Assembly: GCA_050246015.1 (NCBI GenBank)
Contig: JBFWWU010000008.1
Coordinates: forward strand, 71,709 to 135,708
Origin: Phycisphaerales bacterium
GTDB taxonomy: Bacteria; Planctomycetota; Phycisphaerae; Phycisphaerales; UBA1924
Length of the DNA stretch: 64,000 nucleotides
Direction: 5' to 3'
In this document: positions 19,446 through 28,090 of the stretch, piece after piece
Position numbering within the stretch: the first letter of the stretch is position 1
Layout of the letters: the number at the start of each line of letters is the position of its first letter
Notes under the pieces: generated by a model
Databases searched by the model: none
The model's input: the letters and a program-made list of their open reading frames with translations, nothing else
Told to the model about the DNA's origin: nothing
Position numbers and translations under genes: made by a program

Positions 19446-19979
19446 TCACCACCCGGACCGAAGTTCCGCCACCACCGCCCGGGCCAGTTCCTGCACCCCC
19501 GCGTGCTCCCCCACTTCCAGCCGTTCCCCCACCCCGCGCGCGGGCACGAACGACTCCGTCGCCGAAAAATTCCGCCGGCTCGCGATCACTCTTCCCGTGC
19601 GCGTGTCCTTGAAATCAAACTCGATCGTCAACGTCACCCCCATCTCCTGCACCAGCCCGCTCGTCCTCGCGTACGACAGCGGCCTCAGCGACGACTCCAC
19701 AATCGTTCCGCTCAGCGACGCTTCCGCATCCCCTTGCGATACCACCCGCCACGGCGTCGTCGACTTGATCTCCTTGATGATCGCGTCCGTCAGGTCCACT
19801 TCCAGCCCGTGCGAAAACGTCGTGTTCCGGAAGGTCGGCACGTACACCGTCGTTATCCCCGAATCGTGCGCCGACGTGAACGCGTACCCCCGCGTCGGAT
19901 CCGACGAACACCCCCACATCACGCCGAGCGCCGCCGCCAACGCCCCGGCTATCCCCGCCTTCCGCGCCGCGCCTGTCAT
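19446..19979 (-). CDS. LptE-like lipoprotein (putative LPS-assembly lipoprotein)
   Basis: Lipobox LGVMWGC, ~177 aa. Size and position next to a TPR lipoprotein and ftsH. Similarity to LptE is only by pattern. Confidence 0.4.
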   Translation of the reverse strand: MTGAARKAGIAGALAAALGVMWGCSSDPTRGYAFTSAHDSGITTVYVPTFRNTTFSHGLEVDLTDAIIKEIKSTTPWRVVSQGDAEASLSGTIVESSLRPLSYARTSGLVQEMGVTLTIEFDFKDTRTGRVIASRRNFSATESFVPARGVGERLEVGEHAGVQELARAVVAELRSGW

Positions 19980-21211
19980 GGCTTCTCTCCCTTCGGCGGT
20001 ATCGGTGTCCCCTTCGCTCGCTCCGCCGGCTTCGTCGTGGACGCCGGCTCCGGACTTGAAACAGGCGCCGGCGACACCGCCGGCTCCCTCGTCGGCTCCG
20101 ACGCCGGCGCAGCCGGAGTCGATACCGGCTCCACCGGCGCCGCAGGCGCCGCCACGTCATCCTTCTCCGCTCGCCCCTCTCCCGCGCCATCCGCATGACC
20201 CGGCGCCTCCCCCGCCCCCGCCCCTTCCGGCTTGGCCAGCCACCCACGCTTGCTCATCGTCTCCACCGCCACCGTCGACGCCGCCGTCCCGGGGTACTTC
20301 TGCACCAGCCGCTTCAGGTTGTACCGCGCCGACACCTGGTCCCCCTGCTTGAAATACCACCGCGCCGATTCAAGCAGTTCCGCCGCCGCCGATTCGTCGA
20401 TCCGCGCCACCAGCCCGTCGTTCAACCCGGCCTTCTCCGCTTCGCTCGGGTACAGCGCCGAAAAGCGATTGATCAGCACCGTCGCATCCTTCAGCGACGT
20501 CGTGTCATACTCCGGCCCCTTGAACTGCCCCACCGCGCACTCCACCCGCCGCTTCATCGCCTTCATCTTGTGCACGCTGCTCGGATAGTTCCTCAGGAAC
20601 AGTTCGTACGCCTCCCCCGCCAGTTTCAGGTCGTGCGTGCGGTAATAGTGGTCCGCCAGTTCGATCCCCGCTCGCTCCGCCAGCCGGCTCCCCGGCAACC
20701 GCTCCTGGATCCGGATCAGGATCTCCTCCCCGATCGACGACGCATCAAAGATCCGCACGCCCAGCCATTTGTACCGCAGCCCATTCACATACCGGATCGC
20801 GATCTCGAGCTCCCGCTCCAGCGCCGTCACATACTCCGGCGTCGCCGGGAACCGTTCGATCACCCCGTGCTCGTAGTCGTACAGCCCCTTGTATTCATCG
20901 CCCCCCGCGGTCTTCGCGTCCCCGCGCAGCAGGTACGCCTGCGACAGCAGCGGCCGGTCCAGGTTCTCGTTCTTCTCGATCCACGGATCCAGCAGCGATT
21001 GCGCCCGCTCGGGCTTGCGGTCCGCCAGCGCCCGCCGCGCCTGCGCGATCACCGCTTCATCGCTCCCCGCCGCCGGGGCCGCGGTCTGCTTCCACTCGCC
21101 CCCGCCGTCCAGCGAATACTCGCTGCTCTGCCCCATCGTGACCCCCGCGAGCACGCCCACCGCCATGCCCGCCGCCAGCGCCGTCATCACTCGTCCACTG
21201 CATCGGTCCAT
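19976..21211 (-). CDS. TPR lipoprotein, BamD/YfiO-like, with Pro/Ala-rich C-terminal tail
   Basis: Signal peptide and TPR-like helices (LLSQAYLLRGDAKTA..., YELFLRNYPSSVH, SARYNLKRLVQKYPGT). C-terminal ~90 aa is P/A/E/S-rich. 4-bp overlap with the downstream lipoprotein gene. Confidence 0.45.
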   Translation of the reverse strand: MDRCSGRVMTALAAGMAVGVLAGVTMGQSSEYSLDGGGEWKQTAAPAAGSDEAVIAQARRALADRKPERAQSLLDPWIEKNENLDRPLLSQAYLLRGDAKTAGGDEYKGLYDYEHGVIERFPATPEYVTALERELEIAIRYVNGLRYKWLGVRIFDASSIGEEILIRIQERLPGSRLAERAGIELADHYYRTHDLKLAGEAYELFLRNYPSSVHKMKAMKRRVECAVGQFKGPEYDTTSLKDATVLINRFSALYPSEAEKAGLNDGLVARIDESAAAELLESARWYFKQGDQVSARYNLKRLVQKYPGTAASTVAVETMSKRGWLAKPEGAGAGEAPGHADGAGEGRAEKDDVAAPAAPVEPVSTPAAPASEPTREPAVSPAPVSSPEPASTTKPAERAKGTPIPPKGEKP

Positions 21212-21321
21212 GCCCTCAGAATAGCCGATTCGACGCCGCGCGTCCCCGCGTGAATAAAACGGGGCCCGATCGCTCGGGCCCCGGCACCGTCAGTCACAAT
21301 GTGCGAGCCGACTCGTCCTTT

Positions 21322-23688
21322 CTACATGCAGCCGGGCCCGGGGCTGAAGAACGCCGCCAGGAAGTCGAAGAAGTCCTGCGAATCCGTCGTCCCGCTGCCG
21401 TTGAAGTCGCCGCTGCCCGTGAAGAAGTCCGCCAGGAAATCAAAGAAATCCTGTGAATCAAGCGTCCCGGAGTTGTTCCAGTCCGCCGGGCACGGCGAGC
21501 CGCAATCAATCGCGATCACCTGTACATCATCCACCGCCGCCTCCACCACCGAGCCCGCGCCGGCGTCGTCGGCAATGAACCGCAGCCTCACGTTCGACGA
21601 CAGCGACACAATGTCCGATACCCGGAACTCGTGGTAGTTCCACCCGCCCGACGTCTCCGGACCCGACGGGCCCACCACCTCCACGTTCGTCCATGTCGAA
21701 CCGTTACTCGTGATCTGCACCGTGAACACATCCGCGTTCGGCGCCGACCCCGCCGTGTTCGAATACCAGCGCCAATACCCGATCCGCGTCGTCGCGGGAT
21801 CGGCCGACGACAGATCCATCACCGGCGACAGCAGGGTCGTGTATCCCCCGTCAACGTCGTTCCCTCCGACGCTGCCCCCCGACGCCGCTCCCGTTACCCA
21901 GCAGTTCACCCCCGCCCCGGGCGTGTGGTCATCCTCCGGCTGTGCCCCCGTCCCCACCGGGTCCGCTCGCTCCCACAGGCCGGTCGTGGCCGTATCCCCG
22001 GCGACGCCGCCCGTCCACCCCGCCGCCGTCTCCATGTCATGGTTCTGTAGCAGGTCGATCCCGACGCGCGACGCCGCCGCGTACACCCCGCCCGCCGGCG
22101 CTCCCGCCGGCGACGAATACGCCGTCCCCGCCTGGTTCATCGCCGTGAAGTAGTAACTCACCGTGCTCTGGCACGGCGCCCCCGGCAGCGACGCCGTGAA
22201 CGTGTTCCCGCCCGACGAACTCATCGCGATGTCCTGGTACGCACCCGCATCGATCCGCGCATGCAGCACCACGCTCGCCGGATCCACGCCGGATCCCACC
22301 GTATCGATCGCGATCGACACCGGCGTCGCCGCGTCCGGCGTCACCTCCGTCGGCAGCGGCGACGGGAACGTGAACGTCAGCGAGTTCGAATCCAGGCTCA
22401 GCACGAACAACCCACGCTGCATGTCCGTGATGATGAACCGCCCGCTCGGATAGTACGGGTAGTTCCCCCAACTCCCGTTGTACGCCGCGCTCTCCCCGTC
22501 CGGGTACGAGTCAAAGAACCCGATCCGCACCGGCGCCGTCGGATTTGACACGTCAAAAATGTACACGCCCCCTTCATAGTTCGACTGAAACAGCAGATTA
22601 TCTTTGACGTACTGGTTGTGGTCCTTCGACGTCGAGCCCGACTGGAACGACCCCACATACTGCGGCGACGCCGGATCGCTCATGTCCATGATCCGCGTCA
22701 GCGACGGCGCTACCCCCACGTCCTCGTCCAACTCGTCATCGATGTACATGTAGTGATTGTCCGGCGTCATCCATCCCTGGTGCGTCCCCTTCTGCTGCGG
22801 ATACGCCCCCACCGCGATGCGGAATATGTTCCCCTTGTCCGTCGCGTCCAGGATGTCGATCCCGCCGTTGCCATATATGTAGTACGAATAGATGATCTCG
22901 CGCCCGGCGAACGGACCGCTCGTGTACTTGATCACCTGGCACTCGTGCGTGTACCGCGCGCTCGCTTCCTGCCACTGCCCCACGAACACCGGGTTCTCCG
23001 GGTCCGCTTCCACGCTCAGCACCGCCACGCTCCGCGCCGCGTTGATGTTCGAGCCGTTGATGTACAGAAACGGCGTGTCCGGCGACGTGATCAATGAGTG
23101 CGTCGTCGTGTACCCGTTGGGGTTCCGATTGCCGACAAACCGGATCCGGTTCGTCGCCGCATCGATGTTCCGGATATCGATCACCTGCACCCCCCCGCCC
23201 CCCTCGCTCACCGCGTAGCAGTACCCCGCCTTCACTTCCACGTCACGCCACAGGCTGTCCGGCCCGTCCACAAACCCAATCAACACCGGGTTCGCAGGGT
23301 CCGTGATCTCCACGAAGTGCGTCCCCAGATAGTTCGACATGATCGCGTACTCACGACCCGCCGGAGACGTGTACCCCGTGCAGTCCGCGAAGTTCGACGG
23401 CGACCCGAACGCGCTCGACGGCAGCCACGAGTGCAGAATCACCCCCTGCGAGTTGAACGTCCCACGACCCACCGGCCCCCCCGTATATCCCGGCAACGCG
23501 CTGCTCGTGATGTTCTTTCCCGTGATCCCCGGCCCCAGGTACGGCGGCTGCAACGTCTTCAACTTTCGCCAATCCTCATCAGCGCGCGCCGCCGGCGATA
23601 TCGCCGCCATCAGCACCGTTGCGAGCACCAGCGAACTCGATCCCAATTGGAACAGTCGATCCCCCACGCAATCTCGGCGGGTCGGCAT
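21322..23688 (-). CDS. secreted choice-of-anchor B/LVIVD-repeat beta-propeller protein with C-terminal tandem dockerin-like (EF-hand) repeats
   Basis: Signal peptide ([17 protein letters not shown]). Recurrent beta-propeller blades ([43 protein letters not shown]). C-terminal [21 protein letters not shown] and [21 protein letters not shown] match the Ca-binding dockerin loop pattern DxNxDGxxxxxD. Confidence 0.55.
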   Translation of the reverse strand: MPTRRDCVGDRLFQLGSSSLVLATVLMAAISPAARADEDWRKLKTLQPPYLGPGITGKNITSSALPGYTGGPVGRGTFNSQGVILHSWLPSSAFGSPSNFADCTGYTSPAGREYAIMSNYLGTHFVEITDPANPVLIGFVDGPDSLWRDVEVKAGYCYAVSEGGGGVQVIDIRNIDAATNRIRFVGNRNPNGYTTTHSLITSPDTPFLYINGSNINAARSVAVLSVEADPENPVFVGQWQEASARYTHECQVIKYTSGPFAGREIIYSYYIYGNGGIDILDATDKGNIFRIAVGAYPQQKGTHQGWMTPDNHYMYIDDELDEDVGVAPSLTRIMDMSDPASPQYVGSFQSGSTSKDHNQYVKDNLLFQSNYEGGVYIFDVSNPTAPVRIGFFDSYPDGESAAYNGSWGNYPYYPSGRFIITDMQRGLFVLSLDSNSLTFTFPSPLPTEVTPDAATPVSIAIDTVGSGVDPASVVLHARIDAGAYQDIAMSSSGGNTFTASLPGAPCQSTVSYYFTAMNQAGTAYSSPAGAPAGGVYAAASRVGIDLLQNHDMETAAGWTGGVAGDTATTGLWERADPVGTGAQPEDDHTPGAGVNCWVTGAASGGSVGGNDVDGGYTTLLSPVMDLSSADPATTRIGYWRWYSNTAGSAPNADVFTVQITSNGSTWTNVEVVGPSGPETSGGWNYHEFRVSDIVSLSSNVRLRFIADDAGAGSVVEAAVDDVQVIAIDCGSPCPADWNNSGTLDSQDFFDFLADFFTGSGDFNGSGTTDSQDFFDFLAAFFSPGPGCM

Positions 23689-23859
23689 TGAATACTCCTC
23701 TTTGAAATTCTCTGGATTCTCGCTCCAGAGACAGAAAGACTACTGGATATTGGTCAAGAGTGCAACAACCGGGCATGCAATAGTGGTAGATCTGAGTAAT
23801 TCAGCGAGTCCATGGTCGAACGTCGTGTTCGCCGCATCGCGTTAAAAGGCAAAATAACC

Positions 23860-24729
23860 ATGAACTGGAAATGTGCGGTTCTGTTCGCTGCATTTTTGGG
23901 ATCAGTTCCGGTTTCTTCGGGCTTTTTGGCTCAGAATGACCGGCCCAAATCCCAACCGGATTCGGCCCCGAGCAGCCCTCCGGCACCCCATCCGACAGCC
24001 TTCCTGCTCGATAACTCTCACAAACCGATCATTTCCATCTCATGGCCCTGTTCCGACGGCTCCACCACCTCCCTCACCGCCACCAGAGACTACGAAGCAC
24101 CCAAACAGGCATCGCCTCTTGGCAAAAACCTCTCCGCCTATGTCGCCCTTGGCGGCAACCGCGGCGATCTGGGCCTCGGTACGCCCGGAACAGTTGACGT
24201 CCGGGTCGGCTTCTACACCATCGATAAGTCCAAGCCCATGTTCGAGCACATCCGCCGGGACGCCGACATCACGATCGAGTTCCGTGGGATCACCTTCAAC
24301 CAGCGCGCCGTCGCGCGGCCCATGACCACGCTTCAGCATCTCTCCTTCGCGGGAAACGACAAGGTGCTGGGGTGCGCGGGCGATCCGGGCCTCCTGGCGA
24401 CTTACAACACGATGGACCCCAACGAGACACTCCGAGGGCGAATGACCAAACGCAACGGCCGGCCGGGAATCCTGGGTGATTCATCCGCTCCGCGGCACGC
24501 GAGCGTCAGGTTCTGGAGTGACGAGCATGGCGCCGTGAACATGAAGGCGGTGATTCCCTATCACCTGTTCAAGCACGCGGATGACCCGTGGCTGACCGCG
24601 AATCCGGGCGATTTCGTCGAGCCGTACCACTTTCACATCGAGTTCGAGTGCGAATCCGAATCGGCGGCGAGCGAGCGCGAGAAGAATCCCCCGCCCCCGC
24701 CCAAGCCCTCACCCAAACTCGAAGACTGA
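23860..24729 (+). CDS. hypothetical secreted protein (signal peptide; Pro-rich C-terminus)
   Basis: MNWKCAVLFAAFLGSVPVSSG signal peptide. No recognisable domain. The 5' part and upstream region are markedly lower GC than the surroundings. Confidence 0.45.
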   Translation: MNWKCAVLFAAFLGSVPVSSGFLAQNDRPKSQPDSAPSSPPAPHPTAFLLDNSHKPIISISWPCSDGSTTSLTATRDYEAPKQASPLGKNLSAYVALGGNRGDLGLGTPGTVDVRVGFYTIDKSKPMFEHIRRDADITIEFRGITFNQRAVARPMTTLQHLSFAGNDKVLGCAGDPGLLATYNTMDPNETLRGRMTKRNGRPGILGDSSAPRHASVRFWSDEHGAVNMKAVIPYHLFKHADDPWLTANPGDFVEPYHFHIEFECESESAASEREKNPPPPPKPSPKLED

Positions 24730-24772
24730 CCGGGCGCGCTCGGCCTGAGTCGCTCGTGTACGCTCAAGAAGA

Positions 24773-26203
24773 GTGGATCCCGGCGCGTCACCAGCATGGA
24801 GCCTGACACGGCGCGCGGCGCTGGGCGCAATCGGAGTCGCGGGGCTGGGTGTGGCGCTCTGGCCGCGCCGCCCGCGCGCGCAGGTCGATGTCCCCCGCGG
24901 CCGCGTCGTGCTGCGGTACTGGGAAAAGTGGACGGGAACCGAGGGGGACGCGATTCAATCGGTCGTCGATCGGTACAACGGGTCGCAGGAACGAATCTGG
25001 GTGCAGCGGGTGCCGGTGAGTGAAATCGCGGCCAAGGCGATGACCGCGATCGGGGGCGGGGATCCTCCGGACCTGGTGGGGTTGTACAGTTACCACGTGC
25101 CGTTGCTGGCGGAAACCAACGCCGCGATGTCGATGGACGAGTTCGCGGGGGTGCGGGTCGCGTCGCCGCTCGATCAGGACGCATATGTGCCAAGCGTGCG
25201 CGCGCTCTTGAGTCTGAGCGGCAAGCAATGGGCGGGCGTGAACACCTGCTACGCGCTGGGGCTGTACTACAACCGGGGGATCCTGCGGCAAGCGGGGCTG
25301 GATCCCGACCGCCCGCCCCGGACGACGAGAGAACTGGATGCGCTGGCGGATCGACTGGTGATCCCGGCGCTGCCTGACCGGACCGGCGGGGCGGAGGTCG
25401 AGAACGCCGGGCCGATGGCGCGGGCGGGGTTTCTGCCCAATCTGCCGGCGTGGTGGCCGTACTTCTGGCCGATCATGTTCGGCGGGCGGCTGTTCGACGC
25501 GGCGACGAACCGGGCGCTCATGGATGAGCCCTCGAGCATCGCGGCGTACCGGTGGGTGCAGGAGATCGCGTCGCGCCTGGGTCCGAGCCGAAGCCGGAAC
25601 TTCGGCAATCAGTACGGTCGGAACTTCCACTCGCCCGACGATCCGTTCATCTCGGGGAAGGTGGCGATGATCGTGCAAGGGCCGTGGCTGGCGAACTTCA
25701 TCAACGTGCACGCGAAGAAGGGGGCCGACGGCACGCCGGCGATCGATTACGCCGCCGTCCCGGTGCCGGTCGAGGAATCGGTCTTCGACCCGGAGCGTCC
25801 GCTGGGGATGCTCGAGGCCGACGTGATCATGATCCCGCGCGGGTGCCCGCACCCCGAGGAGGCGTACGAGTTCTTCTGCTACCTGCAGCGCCGCGACGTG
25901 CAGGAGCGCCTCGCGGTGATGCACTGCAAGAGTTCGCCGATGCGGGAGTGCTCGCCGGGGTTCATGCAGACGCACCCGAATCCGAGCGTCGCGGTGTTCG
26001 ACAAGATCGTGAAGAGCGATCGGGCGATCGTGCTGCCGCAGACGCGGTCGTGGCAGGCGATCGCCGACCTGACCAGCGGCGCGTTCGAGGAAATCTGGCG
26101 CGGCGCGGACGTGGAGAAGACGTTGGCGGCGGTCCAGCGGCGGGCGCAGGGGCTTCTCGACAAGTCGGCGGAACTGGCGATGAAGCGAACGGGGCTCGGG
26201 TGA
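24773..26203 (+). CDS. ABC transporter substrate-binding protein (carbohydrate-type, family 1), Tat-like signal
   Basis: GTG start. TRRAALGAIGVAGLGVALW twin-arginine-like leader. ~470 aa extracellular solute-binding fold (VVLRYWEKWTG..., GKVAMIVQGPWL). Confidence 0.7.
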   Translation: MDPGASPAWSLTRRAALGAIGVAGLGVALWPRRPRAQVDVPRGRVVLRYWEKWTGTEGDAIQSVVDRYNGSQERIWVQRVPVSEIAAKAMTAIGGGDPPDLVGLYSYHVPLLAETNAAMSMDEFAGVRVASPLDQDAYVPSVRALLSLSGKQWAGVNTCYALGLYYNRGILRQAGLDPDRPPRTTRELDALADRLVIPALPDRTGGAEVENAGPMARAGFLPNLPAWWPYFWPIMFGGRLFDAATNRALMDEPSSIAAYRWVQEIASRLGPSRSRNFGNQYGRNFHSPDDPFISGKVAMIVQGPWLANFINVHAKKGADGTPAIDYAAVPVPVEESVFDPERPLGMLEADVIMIPRGCPHPEEAYEFFCYLQRRDVQERLAVMHCKSSPMRECSPGFMQTHPNPSVAVFDKIVKSDRAIVLPQTRSWQAIADLTSGAFEEIWRGADVEKTLAAVQRRAQGLLDKSAELAMKRTGLG

Positions 26204-26295
26204 CGGGAACGATGTCACGCATCGCGAGTGGGCGAGCGTGCGTGCAGTCGCGGGACGTTGAGAGAGGGGGCCGCCCGCTTGGTACACTCCTGGGA

Positions 26296-27198
26296 ATGTC
26301 ATCGGCTCGCATCCACTTTCGATCCTCGGGGCGGGACGTTCGCCGCGGGCTGCTGTGGATTTCGCCGTGGGTCGTCGGGTTTGTGCTGTTCTTCGGCGTG
26401 CCGACGGTCCTGAGCGTCGTGTATTCCTTCTGCGACCTGTCGCTGCTGGAATCGCCGGTGTTTGTGGGGGCCGACAACTACAAGGAACTGCTCCGCGATC
26501 CGATGTTCACGCACGCGGTGCGGAACACGCTGGAGTACGCGCTGGCGTCGGTAGTACTCAGCACGGTCCTCACGATCGGTGTCGCGGTGCTCCTGGAGCA
26601 GAGGCTGCGCGGGCGCGAGTTCATGCGCGCGGTGATCTTCCTCCCGACGCTGGTGCCGGCGGTATCGGGCGTGATCGTGTGGGCGTGGATGTACAACCCC
26701 GGGTACGGGCTGATCAACTCGGCGCTGCGGGCGATCGGGCTGACCAGCGGCGGACCCGACTGGATGGGGTCCACGACCCTGGCGATGCCCTCGCTGGTGT
26801 TCATGAGCCTGTGGGTGATCGGGAGTTCGCTGACGGTGTACACCGCCGCGCTGCGCGACGCGCCGCGCTCGCTGTACGAAGCGGCGGACATCGACGGCGT
26901 GAGGGCGTGGGGGCGGTTCCGCAACGTGACGCTGCCGATGATTTCGCCGGCGGTCCTGTTCAACTCGGTGATGTCGCTGATCTGGTCGCTGCAGTTCTTC
27001 GCCGCGCCGTACATCATGACCAAGGGGGGGCCGGAGAACTCAACGTACTCGTACTCGATGTACGTGTACTTCAACGCATTTTATTATGGGCGGATGGGGT
27101 ACGCGTGCGCGCTGGCGTGGATCCAGATCATCGCGACGGTGGCACTGACGGCGCTGGTGCTGCGGCTGACCCGCGGGATCGTCTTCTATCGCGCGTGA
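26296..27198 (+). CDS. ABC transporter permease (MalF/UgpA-type)
   Basis: 6 TMs, EAA loop YEAADIDGVRAWGRFRNVTLPMISPA. This is the only permease present; there is no second permease or ATPase gene. Confidence 0.75.
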   Translation: MSSARIHFRSSGRDVRRGLLWISPWVVGFVLFFGVPTVLSVVYSFCDLSLLESPVFVGADNYKELLRDPMFTHAVRNTLEYALASVVLSTVLTIGVAVLLEQRLRGREFMRAVIFLPTLVPAVSGVIVWAWMYNPGYGLINSALRAIGLTSGGPDWMGSTTLAMPSLVFMSLWVIGSSLTVYTAALRDAPRSLYEAADIDGVRAWGRFRNVTLPMISPAVLFNSVMSLIWSLQFFAAPYIMTKGGPENSTYSYSMYVYFNAFYYGRMGYACALAWIQIIATVALTALVLRLTRGIVFYRA

Positions 27199-27235
27199 TC
27201 CACTCGGCCGTTCGGTGTGGTACACTCCTGCCGCC

Positions 27236-28045
27236 ATGATCAAGAAGGTATTTGCCACCCCGGCCGACGCGTTCGCCGACCTGAAGCAGCAGGGCATCCT
27301 GTTCGACGGGATGACCGTGATGGTGGGCGGCTTCGGGCTCTGCGGCATCCCAGAACAACTCATCATCGCGCTGCGCGACAGCGGCGTGAAACACCTGACG
27401 TGCGTATCGAACAACGCCGGTGTCGACGACTGGGGGCTCGGGCTGCTGCTGCAAACGCGGCAGATCCGAAAGATGATCTCGTCGTACGTCGGCGAGAACG
27501 CGACGTTCGAGAAGCAGTTCCTGTCCGGCGAACTGGAAGTGGAGTTCAACCCGCAGGGAACGCTGGCCGAGCGGATCCGCGCCGGGGGCGCCGGCATCCC
27601 GGGCTTCTTCACCGCGACCGGCGTGGGGACACCGGTGGCTGACGGAAAGGACACGCGCCGGTTCTTCCGCCCGGCGCAGTCGGTCGGGGGAGCGACCATC
27701 CCGGGACGGGGATTCGCGGGCAGGCCCGTGCCGGCCGGCGCCCAGGCGCCCAGGCAGGCCGGCGAGGCGCGGGAGTATGTGCTCGAAACCGGGCTGTTTG
27801 CCGACCTGGCGCTGGTCAAGGCCCACACGGCGGATCCGTTCGGCAACCTCGTCTACAACAAGACGGCGCGGAACTTCAACCCGATGATGGCGACCGCGGC
27901 GGCGTTCGTGATCGCGGAGGTCGAGCGGATCGTGGACGCGGGCGGCATCGATCCCGACGCGGTTCACACGCCGGGGAACTACGTGAACCGCGTCGTCAAG
28001 ACTGCCAGCGAGAAGCGGATCGAGCAGCGAACGGTGCGGAAGTGA
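27236..28045 (+). CDS. scoA: 3-oxoacid CoA-transferase subunit A (ScoA/AtoD-like) with ~33-aa in-frame insertion
   Basis: VMVGGFGLCGIPEQLIIAL, VSNNAGVDDWGLGLLLQTRQIRKMISSYVGEN, SGELEVEFNPQGTLAERIRAGGAGIPGFFTATGVGT, NLVYNKTARNFNP. Near-canonical ScoA apart from the insert FRPAQSVGGATIPGRGFAGRPVPAGAQAPRQAGEA. No scoB is adjacent. Confidence 0.8.
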   Translation: MIKKVFATPADAFADLKQQGILFDGMTVMVGGFGLCGIPEQLIIALRDSGVKHLTCVSNNAGVDDWGLGLLLQTRQIRKMISSYVGENATFEKQFLSGELEVEFNPQGTLAERIRAGGAGIPGFFTATGVGTPVADGKDTRRFFRPAQSVGGATIPGRGFAGRPVPAGAQAPRQAGEAREYVLETGLFADLALVKAHTADPFGNLVYNKTARNFNPMMATAAAFVIAEVERIVDAGGIDPDAVHTPGNYVNRVVKTASEKRIEQRTVRK

Positions 28046-28090
28046 CGCCCGGCTCCGCGGCGACCCGCGCCGCGGAGGTGGACACGCCGG

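Noticed and set aside
19210-21253. 380- and 352-aa plus-strand ORFs
   Set aside because: Antisense to the lptE-like and BamD-like lipoprotein genes. Low-complexity P/R/S-rich translations.
24788-26302. 504-aa minus-strand ORF
   Set aside because: Antisense to the ABC substrate-binding protein gene. R/P/H-rich.
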